The notes under the pieces were generated by a model. It was given only the letters and a program-made list of their open reading frames with translations, was not told where the DNA came from and did no database searches. From Alphaproteobacteria bacterium (GTDB lineage: Bacteria; Pseudomonadota; Alphaproteobacteria; UBA828): a stretch of DNA of 64,000 bases. The stretch lies in the NCBI GenBank assembly GCA_965237415.1, contig CBDEFM010000002.1, forward strand, positions 288,001-352,000, in the 5' to 3' direction. Positions 59,248-64,000 of this stretch are shown in pieces. The position numbers were made by a program, and so were the translations under genes. Position 1 is the stretch's first letter. Every line of letters begins with the position of its first letter.

Positions 59248-60630
59248 TCAGAGGGATTTCACGATCTCCTCGACCATTTTCTTTGCGTCGCCGAAAAGCA
59301 TCATCGTGTTGTCCCTGTAGAACACCGGATTGTCGATACCCGCATAACCGGGCGCCAGCGAGCGCTTGACGAACAACACGGTCTTGCAGAGCTCCACATC
59401 GAGGATCGGCATGCCCGCGATCGGGCTCTGCGGATCGGTCTTCGCCACCGAATTGACCACGTCGTTAGCGCCGATCACGAAGGCGACATCGGTATTGGGC
59501 ATGTCGCTGTTGATGTCCTCGAGCGCAAAAACCTCGTCATAGGGGACGTTGGCCTCGGCCAGCAGCACGTTCATGTGGCCCGGCATGCGGCCGGCGACGG
59601 GGTGAATGGCGTAGCGGACGTCGACCCCTTCCTTCTGGAGCAGACCGGCCATCTCGCGCACGGCGTGCTGGGCCTGGGCGACAGCGAGGCCGTAGCCCGG
59701 CACGATCACCACGGTACCCGCGTTGCGCATGATGAAGGCGGCGTCGTCGGCACTGCCCGCCTTGTGGGTGCGGTCGGCCGCCGTGGCCGGCCGCGAGGAA
59801 TCGGTGCCGAAGCCGCCCAGGATCACGCTGATGAAGGAGCGGTTCATCGCGTGGCACATGATGTAACTCAGGATCGCGCCGGCCGAGCCCACCAGGGCGC
59901 CGACCACGATGAGCACGGTGTTCTCGAGGGTGAAGCCGATACCCGCCGCTGCCCATCCCGAATAGGAGTTCAGCATCGAGATCACCACCGGCATGTCCGC
60001 ACCGCCGATGGGGACGATCAACAGCACGCCCAAGAGCAGCGCGAGGCCTGTCATGGCCCAGAACACGCTCTCCTGCTGCTCGATGGAAAATATTCCGCCG
60101 AGCGCGACAATCGCGATGATGAGCGCAAGGTTGAGCAAATGCTGGCCGCGGAAGACCAGCGGCGCGCCGGTCATCAGCTCCTGAAGCTTGGCGAAGGCGA
60201 CGACCGAGCCGGTAAAGGTGAGGGCGCCGATCACCACGCCGAAGCACATCTCGATCCGGCTCACCAGCCTGATGTCGCCCGGCGTACCGATGTGGAACGT
60301 TTCCGGCGCATAGAGCGCGGCGCCGGCGACAAGCACCGCGGCGAGCCCCACCAGGCTGTGGAATGCCGCTACCAGCTGCGGCATTGCGGTCATGCGGATG
60401 CGGAGAGCGATCACTGTGCCGATCAATCCGCCGACGGCGATGCCGATGCCGATCCACAAATAGTCCTCGACCCCCGGCTGACCGAGGGTCGTACCGATCG
60501 CGATCAGCATGCCGGCGATGCCGAAGATATTGCCGCTGCGCGCGGTCGCGGGCGACGAAAGGCCCCGCAGGGCCATGATGAAACAGACGCCGGCGATCAG
60601 ATAGAGGATCGCCGCCAAATTGGAGGTCAT
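59248..60630 (-). CDS. pntB: NAD(P) transhydrogenase subunit beta
   Basis: MPQLVAAFHS, IGGADMPVVISMLNSYSG, PGYGLAVAQAQ, HPVAGRMPGHMNVLLAEA, IGANDVVN. Confidence 0.96.
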   Translation of the reverse strand: MTSNLAAILYLIAGVCFIMALRGLSSPATARSGNIFGIAGMLIAIGTTLGQPGVEDYLWIGIGIAVGGLIGTVIALRIRMTAMPQLVAAFHSLVGLAAVLVAGAALYAPETFHIGTPGDIRLVSRIEMCFGVVIGALTFTGSVVAFAKLQELMTGAPLVFRGQHLLNLALIIAIVALGGIFSIEQQESVFWAMTGLALLLGVLLIVPIGGADMPVVISMLNSYSGWAAAGIGFTLENTVLIVVGALVGSAGAILSYIMCHAMNRSFISVILGGFGTDSSRPATAADRTHKAGSADDAAFIMRNAGTVVIVPGYGLAVAQAQHAVREMAGLLQKEGVDVRYAIHPVAGRMPGHMNVLLAEANVPYDEVFALEDINSDMPNTDVAFVIGANDVVNSVAKTDPQSPIAGMPILDVELCKTVLFVKRSLAPGYAGIDNPVFYRDNTMMLFGDAKKMVEEIVKSL

Positions 60631-60642
60631 GTGAAGAGCCGC

Positions 60643-60942
60643 CTATTTCTTCTTGAACATCGAAAGCATGCGTTGGGTGACGGTGAATCCTCCGAAAATG
60701 TTGACTGCAGCAAGGCCGACGGCGACTCCGCCCAAAATCTTGGCTACAACGCTGCCCTCGGCCGGCGTTACGGCCAGCAGCGCGCCCACGATGATCACGC
60801 TCGAAATGGCGTTGGTGACCGACATGAGTGGCGTGTGCAGCGCAGGTGTGACGCTCCACACCACGTAGTATCCGATGAACACCGCGAGCACGAAGATCGT
60901 GACAGCGATGACCAGCGGATGCAGCTCGAGCACGTGCTCCAC
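60643..60942 (-). CDS. pntA: NAD(P) transhydrogenase alpha subunit, membrane part (alpha-2)
   Basis: [33 protein letters not shown]. Confidence 0.92.
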   Translation of the reverse strand: MEHVLELHPLVIAVTIFVLAVFIGYYVVWSVTPALHTPLMSVTNAISSVIIVGALLAVTPAEGSVVAKILGGVAVGLAAVNIFGGFTVTQRMLSMFKKK

Positions 60943-60944
60943 GG

Positions 60945-62096
60945 CTAGATCTCTTTGCCCTGGAGCGCCGGGTTCACCACCGCGCCGCCCTTCGTCAGCA
61001 AGGCCCCCCGTATCACCTCGTCCTCCCAATCGATGTCGAGGGTGCGGCTCTCCCGATTGATCATCGGTTCGATGAAGTTAAACAGGTTGCGCGCATAGAG
61101 TGTGCTGGTATCGACCGGGACCCGCGCCGGGTAGTTGGCGTGGCCGACGATGGTAACGCCGTTTCGAACGATCACCTGGTCGTGGGCGCTCAACGCGCAA
61201 TTGCCGCCGCCCTCGATGGCCAGATCGACGATCACAGAGCCGGGCTTCATGTCTTCGACCATCGCTTCCGTGATCAGTACCGGGGCGGGTTTGCCCGGGA
61301 TCTGCGCCGTGGTGATGCAGATATCGTGCTTCGCCAGCGTCTCGTGGATGAGCGCGGCCTGGCGCTCCTTGTACGCGTCGCCCATCTCCCTGGCATAGCC
61401 GCCTGCGGTCTCGGCGTTCCCGGCGTCGGCATCGACGGAGATGAACTTGGCGCCGAGGCTCTCGACCTGTTCCTTGACGGCGGGGCGCACGTCGAAGGCC
61501 GAGACCAGCGCGCCGAGGCGCTTGGCCGTCGCGATCGCCTGAAGCCCGGCGACGCCTGCTCCGAGCACGACCACCCGTGCCGGCGCGATGGTGCCGGCAG
61601 CCGTCATCATCATAGGCAGGATGCGGCCGAAGTGATCGGCCGCGTCGATCACCGCCTTGTAGCCGGCGATATTGCTCTGTGATGAGAGCGCATCCATCGA
61701 CTGCGCGCGGCTGATGCGCGGGATCAGCTCCATCGCAAAGGAGGTGACGCCATGGGCCGCGAATCGGGCAACCTGTTCACGCTGTTGCAGGGGCGCGAGC
61801 AGTCCCACCAGGATCGCTTCCGGGTTCACCAGAGAGAGCTCGTCGGCCGCATTTCCGTCGCAGAGCGGGGCGCGAACCTTGGCCACGAGATCGGAGTCGC
61901 CGTAAATCGTCTGCGCATCAACCACGATGCGCGCGCCGGCCTCCGCCAGCACCTCATCCGCCATCTGTGCGCCGGCCCCGGCGCCGCTTTCCACCAGCAC
62001 CTCGACGCCGAGGGCTGCAAATTTCTTGATGGAATCCGGGGAGGCGGCGACTCGGGTTTCGCCCGGCACGATCTCCTTCGGAACCCCGATTCTCAT
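60945..62096 (-). CDS. pntA: NAD(P) transhydrogenase alpha subunit, soluble part (alpha-1)
   Basis: [50 protein letters not shown]. Confidence 0.95.
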   Translation of the reverse strand: MRIGVPKEIVPGETRVAASPDSIKKFAALGVEVLVESGAGAGAQMADEVLAEAGARIVVDAQTIYGDSDLVAKVRAPLCDGNAADELSLVNPEAILVGLLAPLQQREQVARFAAHGVTSFAMELIPRISRAQSMDALSSQSNIAGYKAVIDAADHFGRILPMMMTAAGTIAPARVVVLGAGVAGLQAIATAKRLGALVSAFDVRPAVKEQVESLGAKFISVDADAGNAETAGGYAREMGDAYKERQAALIHETLAKHDICITTAQIPGKPAPVLITEAMVEDMKPGSVIVDLAIEGGGNCALSAHDQVIVRNGVTIVGHANYPARVPVDTSTLYARNLFNFIEPMINRESRTLDIDWEDEVIRGALLTKGGAVVNPALQGKEI

Positions 62097-62223
62097 GCCC
62101 GCATCAACTCCGCCTGCCCGGGAGCGGCGCCACAATGCCCCGCCCGATGCGGTTTGCCAAGGCCCGTCTCCGGCTCGCGGGATGGGACCGGATGGCGCGT
62201 CTGATCCGGGCTGTGACAGGACA

Positions 62224-63570
62224 TCAAGCGGCCTCGGGCACGCCGCAAAGGTCGAGCGCGGCCACCTGCCGGCGCGTCAATTGAGCGGCGTCGAAGTCCT
62301 CTATGAGCGCCTCGACGAGGCGATGCCAGTTGAGCTCCGCCTTCAGATGAAGAAAGACCGAGCCGAGGCCGATCGCCGAGCGGTCCATCAGCACGAACTC
62401 GCGGGGCGGGGTTACGCCACCAAGGCGCCGGATCTCCCGATGCACCTTGGCCGCGACCTCGCCGCCAAAGCGGCCGCTTCCCGATTCGTCGATCAGCCGG
62501 GTCCGGTCGTCGATCAGGGGCCCGTAAATGTAGTCGGCCCAAATGTTGAGCGCGTCGACCATCTCGTTCGACAGATCGGTGAATCCCCAGGTTTCGTACG
62601 CGTGAATCGCGAGGTCGCGATCATCGTTCTTGACTGCGTGGTAGAGGTTGATCACGCCCTGGACGAAGCGGCTTCCGAACACGCGGATGCAGCCGTAGTC
62701 GAGAAGATTGACCTCGCCGTCGGGACGAACCGTGTAGTTGCCGAGGTGTGGATCGCCGTGGAGAACACCATAGCGGTAGAACGGCACGTACCAGGCGTTG
62801 AACATATGCTGCGCGATGTCGTTGCGCCGCTCGACCGGGGCCTCCTTGAAGTCGAGGAGAGGCGCGCCATCGAGCCAGCTCATGGTAAGCAACCGCTTGG
62901 TCGAGAGGGCGCTCTCGACCACTGGCACGTGAACGCCCGGTTCGTCGCTCAGTATCTCGCCGTAGAGGGCCATGTGGCGGGCCTCGCGCTCATAGTCGAG
63001 CTCCTCGCGAAGCCGGGCTGCGATCTCGGCGTGGATCTCGCCGGTATCGATGGCCCGGTCGTAACGGGCATAGACCGCGAAGATGAGCTTGAGCTGACGA
63101 ATGTCGGCCGATACCGCCGACGCCATGTCCGGGTATTGCAGTTTGCAGGCGAGCGCTGCGCCGTCGTGTCCCGTGGCGCGGTGCACTTGGCCGAGAGAGG
63201 CTGCGGCTGCAGCCTCCATCTCGAAATCTGCGAAGGCAGAGCGCCAGTCGGGTCCGAGCTCGGCGGCCATGCGCCGCTTGACGAATCCCCAGCCCATCGC
63301 CGGTGCTCGCGACTGGAGGGCGCCGAGCGCCTCGGAATACTCGTCCGGAAGGCCGCCGGGGACCGTCGCGAGCAGCTGCGCGACCTTCATCAACGGCCCC
63401 TTGAGGCCGCCGAGCGCGCGCCCGAGCTCGGCGGCGTTCCGCTCCCGATCCGCGGGTAGGCCGAGATAGCGCTGCCCCGCCATGCGCGCGGCGATTCCGC
63501 CTACGGAGGTGCCGACCCGCGCGTAGCGGCGCACACGCCCGCTCAGCCTGTCGCCCTCCCGATCCGGCAT
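62224..63570 (-). CDS. ABC1/AarF/UbiB family atypical kinase
   Basis: LKGPLMKVAQ, AAASLGQVH, KLQYP, EELDY, HGDPHLGN, LDYG. Confidence 0.92.
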   Translation of the reverse strand: MPDREGDRLSGRVRRYARVGTSVGGIAARMAGQRYLGLPADRERNAAELGRALGGLKGPLMKVAQLLATVPGGLPDEYSEALGALQSRAPAMGWGFVKRRMAAELGPDWRSAFADFEMEAAAAASLGQVHRATGHDGAALACKLQYPDMASAVSADIRQLKLIFAVYARYDRAIDTGEIHAEIAARLREELDYEREARHMALYGEILSDEPGVHVPVVESALSTKRLLTMSWLDGAPLLDFKEAPVERRNDIAQHMFNAWYVPFYRYGVLHGDPHLGNYTVRPDGEVNLLDYGCIRVFGSRFVQGVINLYHAVKNDDRDLAIHAYETWGFTDLSNEMVDALNIWADYIYGPLIDDRTRLIDESGSGRFGGEVAAKVHREIRRLGGVTPPREFVLMDRSAIGLGSVFLHLKAELNWHRLVEALIEDFDAAQLTRRQVAALDLCGVPEAA

Positions 63571-63981
63571 GCTCGAAGCCTCTACGCTTGTTCTCTCAGG
63601 ACCTGGGCCCGCGCCAGACCGTTACTTGAGATTCCCCGATAACGCATTGTTTCAACGGATAATCTCTCCCAAGGTGGCGTGACCGAAGGATGAATCCAGT
63701 TGTACGAGAAGTGCGGGGGAATGGAGAACTCGCCTGCGCATTCGTATGGGTGCCTGTTATACCGCGTGGTCAGCATAGTCGATTCCCACCCGTGGGAAAC
63801 GGTACCGCTCTGAACGGACTTGGGGCCGCGCGTGCCGTGCCACCGGGTCAAGCATGATCACATTACCGCGATAACATCGCCGCGCCACTTCCCGCCGATG
63901 CCCGCTTGTCCCATTATGAGAGTTGGTTCCGCTTGGACCGCCTGGGCAGGCGATCGCGCGCAGCCAATAACCAAAATCTGC

Positions 63982-64000
63982 GAGGAGAGGCTACCGATGA
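63982..64000 (+). other. RBS and start codon of a gene continuing beyond the window
   Basis: GAGGAGAGG at 63982-63990, ATG at 63997. Confidence 0.5.

Noticed and set aside
59248-62096. Split pntA as a frameshifted pseudogene
   Set aside because: The three-gene alpha1/alpha2/beta layout is the normal Rhodospirillum-type transhydrogenase.
63582-63851. Lower-GC stretch with an 89-aa ORF, a CTCTCAGG motif and a short TTCCCAC/GTGGGAA palindrome
   Set aside because: No recognisable protein, RNA or paired IS ends. It may be a decayed insertion, but I cannot support a call.

Overview
A GC-rich, gene-dense bacterial chromosome segment, most likely alphaproteobacterial (erpA-xth, DUF2007/ispB, purE-purK, rpsU, split pntA1/pntA2/pntB). 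About 55 CDS. I found no rRNA, tRNA or CRISPR array. Main blocks: (1) an amino-acid catabolic region with a racemase-like class III PLP enzyme, pxpA, a deletion scar, and a divergent gcvPA-gcvPB pair coupled to an NAD-kinase-like gene with no gcvH/gcvT; (2) a sugar-acid operon with an ApnL-like lactonase and an HpcH aldolase; (3) a beta-oxidation-type operon; (4) a TMAO locus in which torT/torS/torR flank tmoXWV and TMAO demethylase tdm, with candidate tor boxes; (5) housekeeping and accessory genes, an IS481 element and several small non-coding repeats, including a 263-bp structured MITE and two diverged copies of an element carrying an ATCCC array; (6) a signal-peptide-bearing PIMT gene next to a 14-TM MFS-like protein whose SAM-binding domain is predicted to be periplasmic. 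Block 6 is my best candidate for an undescribed system (extracytoplasmic SAM-dependent methylation or protein repair). All calls come from reading motifs by eye; no database searches were run.
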